From Adineta vaga (Eukaryota; Animalia; Rotifera), in assembly GCA_021613535.1 (NCBI GenBank), contig CP075497.1:12276001-12340000 (forward strand): a DNA stretch of 64,000 bases, written 5' to 3'. A program made the position numbers and the translations under genes. Under the pieces are notes generated by a model that worked only from the letters and a program-made list of their open reading frames with translations, made no database searches and had not been told where the DNA came from. Of the stretch, positions 25,787 through 39,953 are shown piece after piece. Positions within the stretch are counted from its first letter, which is position 1; each line of letters opens with the position of its first letter.

Positions 25787-26254
25787 TGATTACCTGTGTT
25801 GTTTTTCTGCAATAAGTGGATGAGTATTTAAATATTTTGTCATCGTCATAAAAACAAAAAAAATACTACTATCGGTTAAAATTTGATTGTCCTTCAATCA
25901 GAACGGAGAAGAAAAAGAATCAAATATATATATCATAGAATGTCTATGTGTCGAAAGGTTTACCTTTTTATATATATCGTGGTATATTGACATACGTGCA
26001 TTCACGATTCTTTTAAGTTGTATTAGAAATCGTCATGAAGTCTGAAGTTATTAAATATTTTATGTCAAGAAAAATACTTGCCAAGAGAAGTAAATCATGT
26101 TTTTGTAAATACTACACCGATAAAAAATAAATTACAACAACAACAACAACACACAGGTAATATATAAAGAAAAATGGATTTTTGAATGGATTTTAGAATT
26201 CATTACTCATTCCTTGCAAAATATCAAATCATTGATCATCAATATATAAGTGCT

Positions 26255-26795
26255 TTTCATCTAATTTCGATCCAAATAAACAAGTAATTGTCAATAGTCG
26301 ATCCAGTTTATACAGATCATATTTGATTGTTGTCATTTCAACTGTTTTCCTCAGCATTTCTTCTTTATTGTTCGTGGCATTGCTGTCGCCATTTGTTGCA
26401 AACCTTTTTCACTTAGAATCGTCGAATATTTAATACTATATTCTGATGATAAGGATTTTAATTCTTCTTTTAATTTCATCAAACAACTATCAACGAGACG
26501 ATTCCTTGTAGAACTCGTTGACACAGTTATTACAAAATTTGAATTTTCCCTTCTAACACAAACGGATAAAGTGATTGGATCAGAGAATGTTGTGTTTTTT
26601 CCAAGGCGAATATAAGCATTAGCTGTACCATATGTATCATTCATTGATATATCTTGATGAAGATAACCTTCGAGAATTAGTTTCGATAAAAGACGTTCCA
26701 TATCTAAATCAAAGATCATCATTGAATATTGATTTCTTCGTGTTCAATTATTAATCTTACTTGTTCTTGTGACTTCTGCAGCAATATTATATTGA
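26255..26795 (-). pseudogene. Diverged RecQ C-terminal fragment (winged-helix end plus HRDC)
   Basis: DMERLLSKLILEGYLHQDISMNDTYGTANAYIRLGKNTTFSDPITLSVCV aligns to 44073-44672. Frameshift after MPRT; upstream helicase exons absent. Confidence 0.85.
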
Positions 26796-27336
26796 GATAA
26801 GAAAAGTTAGCACCGCATTCGAGTATTTTTGTCAGGATTCGCCTGTAAACTTGTGCTGGTCTTCGAAAAGGTTGTGTTGGATGCAGAATTTAATTCTCTA
26901 TCAAATGATGTAGTTTTTGAAGAGGGTCACCGAGAGAAAAAAATCGTCACACACCCACACCCACCCTGGAGAGAAATGATTACCAAAGAAAAAGATAAAA
27001 AATAGAAGTTACAGATCATTCTGTCACATTCAAATATTTGATGATGAAGGTGTGGAGGAGACAAGTGACAGTGTGGATGTCAGTGAAACGATTTCTCTTT
27101 ATTTATATCGTAGACCTCACCCATACTCACGCCCTCATACCCATTTTAATCGATCTGGGCTCATGTCCTCTTTCGAAAATAAATAAAGAAAAATCCATAT
27201 TCCCATTCTATTCTTTTACACCAATCTTTTTTTAGTTTAATCAATATTCTATAGAAATCAAAAGAGAAAAAACAAATTGTTGAGTACCATAATCATCTTT
27301 AATGTCTATTCGTTAAGATACATGAGGAATCAGAAA

Positions 27337-30300
27337 TCAAAGCCACAGACAAAATCTTGATATATCAATATGACTTCGACAATTAGGAAAACGAGTTTGA
27401 ACCATTGAATGATAAACTTGTACTTTTTCATAACGAATTACACCATAAATATCAAGAAAGACAAAGTGTTGCAATTGTTCCACTAATTGACAAAGATCTT
27501 GTTCAAAAACAGTGACCTGTTGAGCTAAATAAAAAAGTTTATATTTTCTCTTATGAGTTATTTCATTTACAAACCTATTGATTCAGATGTGTGTAAAAAT
27601 TGTATCCATCGGTGAAAAAAAACCTTATTAAAATATCCTTCTGGTAGATCCGGTCGCACTTAAATAAACAAACAAACAAAGAATAATACAAATTGGAACT
27701 CAAGACAAACAATTTCTAAATTACAACTGTTGTTCAGAAAAGAACTATGTTATACATGATTTGCCGCATTTATGATAATGTATTATAGAAACATCTGTAT
27801 ATATATATGGTATCGTCCTGTTTCCTCGAAATTCACAAACTACACGGCATATACATCAAAGCACATCACAGAGCAGTGTGGGTGCCGCGGAGGGTGTTTT
27901 CGATGAAATGGGACTAAACCAATTTGACTATATTAGATTAATTTAAATATGAAGTTTTATGCGTAACATTTATAGGAACAAATAAAAATAATATTCTTCT
28001 TGTAGTTCAGTCTATAATGAAAATAAGATATTTTCATACATCCCACGGGGAAAGATTTTCAGGCATGAGGGTAAGCATAATTAATCCTCTAGCCCTTGAA
28101 CGATTCGATTCTTATGGCAAAATCCAAATTTTATAGTGAATTTATAACACATTTTATTAGCAAAACTTTCAGAACAGAATCGACTGTTTTATAGAGAATA
28201 TATCAAAGTATCAAGTCTAAAAAAATACAGTTGATTCGGTCAGTTTTTGTCGAAAATATTCGCATCTGAATTTAGGTTTGACGAATAGGTCAAAAATGGC
28301 CCATCAGAGGATGAACGGTTAGTTTTCTTTTAGTCAAAATAAGCTTACCAGTTGTCCAAGAAAAATCATCTGGTCGCCAAAGACGTAATGTTTGTATATG
28401 AGGCATATACATCTTAAGAAATGGTACAAGATGTTTACCAACGTGAGTGGATTCATTTGACCCAGTATTACAACTAGGAATAGTAAATTCAACATATCGA
28501 ACAGAACTTAATGCATTATTTTTTAAATGACTAAATGCCTAAAAGTAAAATAAGAAAACAACTGTGTAAATACACAAACAAAACAGGAGTAAGTCAAGGT
28601 ATACAAGATATATATTTTTAATAGTAGAAAACAAAAATGGCAGTTACAGAATGCTTGCCAAATAGAACAAATACTTACATATTCAATGACATGCAAAAGC
28701 CATTGGAATTTTTCAACTAAAAGATACTTCAGTTGAACAGGCATTGAAATGAGATGAGCAAGTACTTTTGCCCGTTCTTTGTTTCGATTTATTGATTTAT
28801 CACAAACATCTAAAAGAAATTCTTATTGATATTTTATGTGTAAAAGTCATAGTTTTCAAACAAGAGTGACAATTTGTTCTAATTGACATACCCTAGATTT
28901 CAAAATCTAATTTCACACAAAATTATATTAATTGAAATCATTTACTTGACGGTTATATACATTATTAGGATAAGATCTAAAGGATAAATCGATTATTTTG
29001 TCTACCTTCTCAAAAACGATAATATTTTCAAATGAAATGTCAAAGATGTGCTGCCACAAATACAACTTGTAATGGCCTATCATCATGTACAATCTCATAT
29101 AACAGATTGTAATCCCGTGTAATTACATGTATATATTTCGACACATGTCATGTAATAACTATATATGAGGATGGTTAATTTGGTCGAAGAACCCACTTCA
29201 TTTTCTTTCTATTACCAGTTAAAAAATTAATTATATTCTGGCCAATGTATCACCCTCATTACCAAATATATTTCGGTAGAAAATTCACCCTAACGAGCAT
29301 AATTGACAGAAATAAGGGCAAAATAGTGAGCCGTTCATATGATTTCTATTGGATATTGTAAAAGAAAACGGTTCCATTCTGTCTTTATAAAATTTTAAAG
29401 TATCAACCAAATTCACACTTACAGTTTAAGCGAGAGAACGAATGTCCAAACGCAAGCTTTGTAATATTCCGAAATCGAATATCAGTCATCTTGTGTAGTC
29501 CTGTTTCGAATGGCTTTGTCAATGATAATTGAACATCTGCTTCATCAAAACTTTTATAATATTCTATTTTAAAAAAAACGAAAAGATTATTAATTTAAAA
29601 CTAAATATTATTCTTTTTATTTTTAAATAAACTCAGCGAATTGATCATAAATTAGTTTTATGAGTATTCACTCTTAATTAACTCGATCAGCTATATAGTT
29701 TAATTCAAATGCATCTGACCTAACCAAACATTTTCCATTCTATGAATTACACTATAATATAGATTCGTTCGATTAAGTTCTACGAAAGAATATTCTTAAT
29801 TCTGTCTTTCATATGAAATGTCTTTCGGACAATATTTTCTTCTAACTATTCCCGATTCCTGCAACTGGAATTGATAGAATCTCTATTTTATTGAATATCT
29901 GCTTCGATTAATATGAAGTATGAAGAGATTAAAAAGAAAATTATAGTAATAAATATTTACCCATATAAACTGTGATCGATGAAACATTAGGAAATTTTTC
30001 ATCAAGTTGCTCAAGAAATTTATAAAGTGATGGATGAAAATCTATTGAAATATGTTGAATATTTGGCCATTGAAAAACATATGGATCATTACTGAAATAT
30101 AAAAAAAATATTATTCGATTAAGAACTCATAGAATATCTCATAAAAATATATATATCTTACACTAAACCATTAAAGCTTTGAAGTGTAGTATTGATATTT
30201 GTAGAAAACAAGTGTTGATATGAACTTACTGGATCATAAAAATATTTTATATTTGTCCATTGACGATTAATAAAAAGAGGATGATTTTGAAATGAACTAA

Positions 30301-33300
30301 TTACTTTTTCAACGTCAACCGGTGGTATTTGACAAAGAGAAGATATATAAAAATCAAAATCTTTTATATTAGTTATACTATCAGGTAAACAATATTGTTG
30401 AACAAAATTTGCATCAATAAAACATTTCCATATTATTTGATCTTTTGGATATAGTTTTTCATTTCCCAGGCGAAGCTTCAGTTTTTGAACATGATTGAAA
30501 TTATTAAGAAACCATTTTAGATAAACAAATTCCAAATCATTTAGAATGAAACATTTTAAAGTAAGATATCGTAGATTTGGAACCTATTATCATAAAGATC
30601 ATGTAACTTTTATTGAATTGTTGATCACATAAAAAATCGAAATGCGTAATAATTAATCTCGTTGAATATACAAAATATCGAGTACTATAGTTAAATTATC
30701 AATAGAACTTTTAATTGTCTGAGTATATTATCATATTTAATAGTTATTTGTTCTGTTTGATCATTTCATATTAATATGCTCTGCATGCCTACCCAACTAT
30801 TCTGTTAAAACATTTAAAAATTCAAGAAAAGAAATTGTACGGATATCCGAACGATACTTGAGCAATATTTATATAATATTAATTACCAATAATGACAATA
30901 GAAAAAGGGTTTATTTCGAAAAAACGAATTCTTTTCATATTCTATATGAAGAATAAAATCAAGTAATTGCTGATATTTTTAAGTATATTTTATCTAACTC
31001 GATTTTAATTCAATGATTCATGAAAAATAAATTTTTTCTATATGAGTTAATAAATCTAAAGCAAATACTTTGAAAATTGTTCTCAATGAATTTATCTCAG
31101 TAAAAAATTAAGATTACACAGCTTATACCAAATCATCTTATTCAAAAATATCATATCTACCGATAATTCTTGATACAAATGAGAGGAGAATATAATGATT
31201 CGTAACGAGAAATTTACAGGGCTTTTGTAAACAAGTTTTCATTGCGCTTATAAATAGAACGAAAGATTGATATTTAATGAAAAAGAGGACATTCTTAACA
31301 ACTGTTATGCACTCAGATGATCGAAATACGTAGTGCTATCACATAAATTAACCTGTATAAGTGCCTAAACGTCATTATCATTTCTAAACATTTATGCTTT
31401 CAACATTAGCTACTTGATTGCACGACTACCCATGTAAAAAAAGGGGCACTCAACATCCGATGAAAAACGATTTTTTTGGAAAAATCCATAAAATCAGATT
31501 ATATCCCGAAATTGTGATTAAATACGAGAAAAAATAGATTACCGCCGATTATCTCAGAAATAATCCGTTAAAATCGATTAAAAACCACCATAAAACTGAT
31601 TTCCACAGATTTTGATCATCAAAATGGATCTTCATCGATTATTTTGTCCGGGAAAATCGATTCTCTTGAAATAAACTGCAGAAAATAATATATTCTAATC
31701 GATTTTTTCACCTGCAACTGATTTTAACCGACTTTTTGAGTGCTAATCAATTTATTAAATAAAGAAAATAATTTTCTTTGATTAAACTATGAAATAGTTA
31801 TTTTAATTGATTATTATCTGGAAAATCGATTTAAATCTCTAAAGTTATTTGAAATCATAAAAAATAATTATAATCGTCAAAAATCGTAATCAATTTTACT
31901 TACAAAAAGAAAAAAACGCGTTTTTCTCAAATATTCAACTTTCAGACGATCTTCTAAACCTTCTCTTCGGAATCCTCGCATCGACAAATACTTAGTCAAC
32001 AGTAGAGTAGCCTGTAATACCCTTGAGATAGTGACAGTCACGATATAGTTTGATAGTCACTTACTTAGGAAAAAAGACTGATTGAAATTGTTGACTTGAA
32101 ACCAAGAAAATCAGTTGTGTACTGTTACGTTTATTGTTGAGTATTTTTTTCTTGTACAGTCTTTTCTTTCTATGTATCGCTTGTATATTGTTACCTGATG
32201 TCGTTATTAAGAAGCAAATTTACAAGCAGATAAAAGTTTGTCTAGATCTATCTCCTAGTTCTCTCTTTCTGCTGTTGGAACTTCTTTTAATATTTTTGAT
32301 ACGTCACTAATTTGAATATGAAACTCTGTCATCAATATCTAACTACATATGACACTAAATGCTTTTACGTTACAATAGCCCTGTAAGAGCGGTACAAAAG
32401 TCCTGCTTTTTCTGACTTATACATTCTACATTATTACGAATCATTATCTTTCTGAACGGAAGTAAATGGAACAATAAGACTATTGTCTCTTTATGTGGTT
32501 AAGCTTTTTTTTCAAAACGATTCTATATGTAGTGTCTTCAAACTTTTCACTCTATCGAATAAAACTCTTTTTTGTTCCAATAAATTTTTTCATTAATTCT
32601 AAATTATGATATAAGTTTACATTAAGCAAAATATAGAATTTATGAAGAAATCTATTCTCTCGTCGTATAAAAGTTTAAATAAGTTTTTCTTTAAATTTCG
32701 AAATAAAAAAAACTCATGATAATAATATTTTCTATATGTAAACAATTCAAATAAGCAATTAGATAGCAACCTTTCAACATATTTTAAAACGTTATTCAAT
32801 CTATAAGGTGAATAAACTACAATCGAATGTTGTTATGTTCAAAAAGAAACCGTGCTACAATAAAACTAGTAACGCAACGTGATTGTTGCGTACCCTCTAC
32901 TGAAAGTCGTCTTTTCATGTCTGTTCTGCACTAGATATACATTCATGAGAAAGTCAAGCTTAAATCGCATGTTGTGCTGTCCGCTTCTTGTTTTTATATC
33001 TTATGCGACAGAGTTAGAAACATATTACCTCTATTTTTTGGATATGATGATATTTTCAGAGAAAAGTTGTGCTTATCCTTTAGATCCTCTGACCATTTTC
33101 TGAAAAAATAAGAGTATCCAGTTGAGTCCACCCAGGTCGACAAATCCGATATTGGATCCGATAGGACCCTATAGGATCCGACGTTCCTACAAAATCCTAT
33201 AGGATCCTGTGTTGGATCCGATCGGATTGATCGACCTGGGCATCGGACGCATCCGAGCTCTTTTATCTCATTTTTCTTCATCTCTCTACTCATTTCAAAG

Positions 33301-36300
33301 TATTTTCAATTCCTCTATAAAAAGATGAAGCAAAACTGAAAATGAATAGGCTTTGCAAACACTGACGCATCGAATCACTTATCATGCCGCAAAGATCTAT
33401 TCACTCTTCCTTAGTTTGTTAGCTATAAACTTATGTAATAAACGACTAGTCGTTCGTCGGCCACTCACGGCTACTCCTTGATATCTACAATCTTTTTTCT
33501 TCATTTATGGAAAACTAAAACATATTGGATTCGTTCTTGCACATCATCTATTAAGTTACTTTGCAGAAACTTTCAATGTATGTAAGTCACCTCAATGTAT
33601 ACTTTAAGCCAGTGCCCTTTGAATCGACACCTAGTCGTTCGTCGGCCACTCACGGCTAGCTGGCAATGTGCACGCATACACTGTTTCGTTTATTCTTTAT
33701 TCGGCTTTGAAATAAACAAATGAATATTCCTTAAATTCTAAAAGCACAGCATTTAAGCTATAACCATTCTCCGATAGAAACCAAAAAACGGATGATATTT
33801 TTTGACGTAATGTTAGATTCACGGTAAACTCCTCCACCATAATTTTTTACATGTTGAAAATTCTGTTTACATCTTTGATATCAATTAAGATTTAACATTG
33901 CAATCGCAATCTTTCATGCAGTTTTTATCCCTATATTTCTCTTGATGCTTTGGTCAAAAGTCTGATATATAATGATCGACGATGTAAAAGCCTTTAAATA
34001 GAACTGATATCAAAGTAATCTCTGCCTCCAGTCCTTTGCACTATATTTTTCAAGGAGTTAGTACAGCACTTATTCTCAGAACTGCTATATTATCCTCATG
34101 CCATTCGCAGTCTTGAGCACAGTCAGATTGATTAGGTTCCAAAACGACTTCAAAAAGAAATATACATACAGTTCTTCTCGAAAATGATAGGTAAATAAAA
34201 AGTGCACTCAGTTAGCAAAAGCTGATATCAGATTCGAATTCCTTGACCCCGATTACCCTTCGGTCTACCCTTATAAACATTTTTGTTTTTTTAAAAATAT
34301 GATGTGAACGAACGAACATTAACTCATTCTGCGTATATACCCTCCTTTCAGTAGAGGGAACAATCAACGAAATAAACATCTCATTATAAAACTACTGTAG
34401 TAGTAAATGAAAACTCATCTTTAATCCAAGAATAAGAGAATAATTTTTCTTTCTTACCTTACTATACCAATTTCCATTTGATTGACACAAGTTTTCGATG
34501 AACGATGCAGACCGTGGTCGAATATTTAATGATTTGTTAAATTCTACGGTGAGCTGTTCAAGAGCGGGTACATATTCAATAAGATGTTCCAGAAAATATG
34601 TGTAATTTATGCGAATATATAGACGAGTAAGTGTGGTGCAAGAAGAATGAAATTGATTTGAAATTTGATTTTGATATGAATGAGAGAAAAGCTCTACATA
34701 TTCATCAATACCATAACCACTTATATCAAGTCGAAGAAAATTTAGGCGACATCGAGATGAGAATAATTGACATAGAAAATGTTTGAACATGTCCAGTACT
34801 TTCCCTATGATTTATGAATAGAAAAAATTAATCATTATTGAGAAAATAGAAATTTATATGTTACTAAATTCTTTTTAATATTTACATCGACACAAAAACT
34901 CCATCTTTTTCAAATCAAATGTTTTCTCATATATGCATTGCACATTCTAAGCTTATGCAATTAAATGAAAGTTATTTGTGAAAATTACCAATTTCGATCC
35001 ATCAATATACTTAAACTCAAAAAAATTAAGAATAACTAATGAGAAATTAATTACATTACCATCACTATAATCTTCAATCGTTAACACTATATCTCTTCGA
35101 TTAATACACCCTTCGTCTTTTATTTTCTCATTTTTCTATACCTCTATATATTTATAGCCCATTAAACAAACAAATTTAACATCATGAAAAAAATCTGAGT
35201 TTGATATAATGGATTGTGATGAAATTTTTACCACAAATAGCCAATGAAATAGACTACAAAATAACGTGTCCTACAGCTCATAAGACTTTGTTGTTCTGAA
35301 ATTATGAAGCGCACAATGGAAAAAAACCCATATATCATAACTCTTTGGTGACGCAAGCTATGGAGGCGTGAGTTTCATCGCTGAATTACATTAATCAAGA
35401 TCTATATACAATTAAGTTTTCAGAGTAACAATTCTTATCATGACTGAGATCCGAGTGCGAAGATACTCTTGACTAGTACCATACTGAAATATCTTGTGCG
35501 TGGGATCTGCGACACGATCTTGAGAATCTCCAAGCGAAATAATGTAACTATCTTAAATCAAGATTTACGTATATTCGATCTTGAAATATTGGACAAGATC
35601 TTTACTTGATAACATTTTGCAAATTATTTTTGATACTTCTAGGAATTAAATTTTGCGGAACTGTTCGCGGAATTATGGAGAGGTAGATAAGGACTCTCAT
35701 TTCGAGGAATTTTTCTGATTAATCATTGTTCACAATTTGTTCTTCTTTGCCTGTAGCACGAAATTGACTTGAGATTAATGACTACGTAGTGTGAAACATT
35801 CTTCAGACAGACTATTTTAGAAATATTTAGGATCCTCCGTAAATGAATCTCTTTGATCACTTCTAGTCATATGTGATTTAGTCAAGATCTTGCTAACAAA
35901 ATATTCTACTATAGTGCTCTATATTTCGTATATTAACTTTTATTATGTTCTCTATTTGATATTTCCGCTTTTTGATAAATTAATTAAAAGAATGCTTCAT
36001 TACTTTTGTTATGTTTTCTATTCACACTTGGTAGTATATATCGAAAACCATTGAACGCGTCCTTATCAAAAGTTAACGTAAGTTCATCTAATTGATTTTC
36101 AATAAGTAAAGATAAATTTTGTATTAATGGTTCAGACAACCAACACCGAGTGAGAACAAGTGATTTAAGAGAAGGAAAACGAAGCATTTTTTCATTATTA
36201 TTTTGAAAAAAAATCCATTCATAATTAATATTAGGAATCATTGAATTTGTTCCATCAAAACACATACGTCGAATATAAGAACAAAATGTTGAATGATTAA

Positions 36301-36517
36301 GAAATGATAATAATCTTGAATAATATTTGTCATAAGATAAGCCAGGTTCTTTAAAGATAATACCACTATTTTGTCGATTATCAGTTATTGAAATAACTGA
36401 ACATATAAGATTATTTATGCGGTTATTTAATGACCAGAAATTTAATATTTCGTACCATGATAAATAAGAAAAGATAAAAAGAAGAATTTCATTTGGTAAT
36501 GTTTCACATGTACACAT
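27337..36517 (-). CDS. F-box protein with degenerate LRR-like body, multi-exon with long repeat-filled introns
   Basis: N-terminal F-box ETLPNEILLFIFSYL...WSLNNRINNLI. Further exons at ~34.4-34.8, 30.2-30.6, 30.0, 29.5, 28.7, 28.4 and 27.6 kb. Last exon ends HIDISRFCLWL*. Intactness not fully verified. Confidence 0.7.
28081..28322. mobile_element. Degenerate TTAA-flanked MITE, piggyBac-like, intronic
   Basis: TTAATCCTCTAGCCCTTGA ... TCAGAGGATGAACGGTTAG form imperfect inverted ends. Confidence 0.35.
31450..32100. repeat. Old dispersed repeat, inverted relative of 13450-14110, inside an F-box intron
   Basis: Reverse-complement similarity to ~13730-13811 and many AATCGATT-like motifs. Boundaries approximate. 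Confidence 0.5.
33131..33240. mobile_element. 110-bp CCCAGG-type MITE with 2-bp TSD (CMC/EnSpm-like)
   Basis: TIRs CCCAGGTCGA / TCGACCTGGG, CA on both flanks, internal repeated GGATCC motifs. Confidence 0.85.
33446..33658. repeat. 28-bp perfect direct repeat CTAGTCGTTCGTCGGCCACTCACGGCTA
   Basis: Copies at 33446-33473 and 33631-33658. Confidence 0.85.
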
Positions 36518-37924
36518 AGTCTTATCTGAAAAGAAAAGTCATTTCAAGATAGAAACACCACATTTTTTCTTTTTTCCATCACGTACTATAAAAATAACAC
36601 CTTAACTGACAAATCCAATTTTTGGAAAACTAATTCTCCTGCGAAAAAAATTCTGAATGTGATCTTCTTACGAAGTCTCTTTGAAAACACCTTTTTCTCT
36701 CTTCAAACATCTTTCTATGAATACACCGTCCCCGGTGTTCTATTTAGTCTGACTTTCCATAGAAAAGTTTTTCATAGAAACCATAATTACAATTAAAATT
36801 GTTACTATTGTATAAATAAAAACGATATTTACATAAACGAAAAATATATAAAAATCTTGAAAATGTATCTAAATGAATAATAAATCTTTGGTGTAACTAC
36901 ATTTTATTTACATGAAATAAAAGAAATAGGAAACTACCTTCCGTCCTGTTTCGTATTTTATGATGATATTTGAAATAAATATCAATCGAGACATGATATA
37001 CTGACAATATGCATGCAACTCCAGTAAATTCATTTGTAATGAACGGGAAAAAGATATTTTCTTTCTCTTTCTAATAACATGAGCTAACCTGACGAAAAAG
37101 GTCATGTTTGCATAATTGTCTGAAATTTTGGACGGTCTTTTCTCTTTTAACCGCAATATTGTACTGTTTTTATTGATCGAAAATGAAAAAGAAAGCGATG
37201 CAAAAAAGAAAAGAAAAATGTTTCTTCGTATTTTTAAAAATGAAGCCATTGATTGTATTGATAGAATAATTACATGATCTGTAGTGAAACAACTGTCAAG
37301 ATAAGTAATAAGAACATGTAGAATTAACACATATCTTATATTTCTAGGGACACTATGATTATGGTTGAAAAGCTTTTTTTTAATGATTTTCTGTCTCGCA
37401 AATGTCGTTACATAGAAAAACTGAAGGTTCGATTTTTAACGATTCTATGGGCAACTTCTTATGGCGATTTTCTACTAGGCAGTAGAACTATGACAATTTT
37501 TGGGAAAGCAGCTCTTCATAAAAATGAACGGCAGATGGAATTAAGCTCATTCAAGCACAAATCGAAAGGTCCACATCCACTTTGTCTTTTAAGTACATAA
37601 ACAACATTTTTTCCATTTCTTACTAAATAAAGAGGCTATTTGTAGTACGTGCTACTAATGAGTTTATACCTCTTCATGTGAAATGTTATAGTGTGATAGA
37701 CTACGACTGGAGTAAAACTATTTTTGTTTTTGCCAAAATGGGAATATTTGCTGCATGAATTCAAGTCTTTGCGAAAATTATGGTAAAATCTGTCATATGT
37801 ATGGTAGCAATGAAGTTTTATTAAATACATGATTAAAATGTGATTTTTAATTAATTCTTTAGATATGGATATCAGATTTATTCAAACTATAAACAATATC
37901 TCAGATGAACACAAAAAACTATTG

Positions 37925-39179
37925 TTAGAAAAGTATATCTGAATCAGTATAAACAGTATTGAATAGTGGATCATCAGATATATATCCAAGAGCTTTTTCA
38001 AGAAGAACTTGATCTGATTGTTGATCAGCAATTACTTCTTTTATTTGCTCAATTTGATCATATTGAATATTCAATGTAAGTTTAGGTTTTTCTGTTGCAT
38101 ATAAACCAAATAACATATATGCTAAATGAACTAAAGTCCTGCCTTTTCCCCATTCAATCGCTATATAACTTCGATCGATGACACAATCGTAGTATAATGC
38201 TAATGATGGCGTATTAATAACTTCACTTGGATCAATCACTTCTACAAAAAGAGAATATAATCAAAATCTTCTGAATTTCATAGTAAAATCTTACTTTTGG
38301 CTTCATCTTCATCTGACATCAGATATGCAACAGATTTCAATATAATAACATTTTCAACCAACTTATCATATAAGATATTTACACGACTATCATTGAAAAA
38401 TCTTTTAGTTTCATTTTTGGCATTAGCATCAGGATTGATTAATAATGAAAACGCATGACGTAAAACATCATATGTTCTTTCTTCTCCACCACCAATAATC
38501 AAACGAATATTCTTCAAATCATTAAAAGATTTATCTGAAGATGAACCAATTAAATCTTGTTCGAATTTATTTACTATAAAATCCAATACCGAATAAAGAA
38601 CATTCAATACACCATCATTTTCATAATAAGATACATCATGATCAAGGTAAGAGAAATTTTCATCTTGATAAATGCCAGTTAACAAAAAAAACTTGCAACT
38701 CGAAGCACCATAACTGCTAATATTGGTTTTTGTTAAAAGTGGTACATCATCAACCGGGACATCACAATTCTCCAGCAATTCTAGAAATAAAAATGAAGGT
38801 GAAATTAAAATATTTAAAAAATAGTAAAAGAATATGAAATATACCATCGAAATAAGTTTTTGTCATTTGTTTTTCTTCACCAAATTTACATTTACCAGCA
38901 GCAGGATCTTAAAAGTAAACCAGAGACATAAACAATATAGATGTATGAAAGGGAAATAAGAATTAGTCACGGTAAGTTTTTATGTACGACACGAATATCT
39001 CTTATATTCTCCTAATTATTAATATCTTTGTACAGGTAAAGAATATAATAAAATCCATTTAATTGAAATTGAACTATAAGCTTTACCTTTTTTTTAATTT
39101 CAATTGCTGTTCGATCATGTTCAATAGTCGATGCATCTTCAACAAATTCTGTACCAACGAGCGTTTTTGTATCACTCAT
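37925..39179 (-). CDS. Uncharacterised acidic protein with NTAN1/CheD/CNF1-like Cys-His deamidase motif pattern
   Basis: ORFs 38278-38847 and 37925-38239 are joined by a short intron; small 5' exons start at ATG 39179 (structure uncertain). Motifs ISSYGASSC, YLDH, IRLIIGG. Confidence 0.6.
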
Positions 39180-39953
39180 TTTTTCTAAAATATGCGTCGA
39201 AATTCATTCAATACAATACAAAACAAAACTCTTGTTATCACATGTAACAAAAGATCGAAAATTTTATATTAAATGAAATAATTTAGAAAAGATAAATCAT
39301 CTTTTCTTTTCTTTTGTTTATCTTTTGCACGAGATAATATACATATGTATTTCGTTATTTGAAATGAACGGAATAAGTGTCTAATCGACACGATTAGAAC
39401 GAAAAAAACCATTCATAGCTAAGTTGGTTGGATAATCAACTGGTTCATAGAATACTTGTTTACTTTATACGAGACAATATTTCCATGTTATACTTATTCG
39501 GTGATAAATTCAAATGTATAAAATATAATCAGATATATTTTTTTTATAGATGAATAGATCGTAAATGATCTTGGTAAATACCTGAAAATATTTCCAATAA
39601 TCAACTTTGTATTTGTCAATCATAACAGTAACTATTATAGTTTCACGATGATAAAAACAAAGATTTTAAATAAAAGAAAGATAAAGCTGATATGCAAAGT
39701 GATGAAGACATGAAGAAGTACGACATAATCCTAACTCTGATTTTCACTGTTCGAAGAGCTAGTTATGTTTATTGATGTAACAAATATTGATATTTTCATA
39801 AACAATGAATCTCGATGAAATCGATATATCCATCTACATTTGTAATCAATTATGAATAATTCTAATTTATTTCCATATTCATGATCGAATTCAAAAAAAT
39901 CATACAAAAAAGTCGTTTTCAATTTACATAGAACAAAAATACGAATTGAAAGA

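Noticed and set aside
33446-33658. Possible CRISPR-like repeat-spacer unit
   Set aside because: Only two copies, 157-bp gap, eukaryotic intron, no cas genes.
36908-37830. ORF-track calls of 64-140 aa
   Set aside because: Composition rich in F/I/K/L, typical of chance ORFs in AT-rich intergenic DNA.
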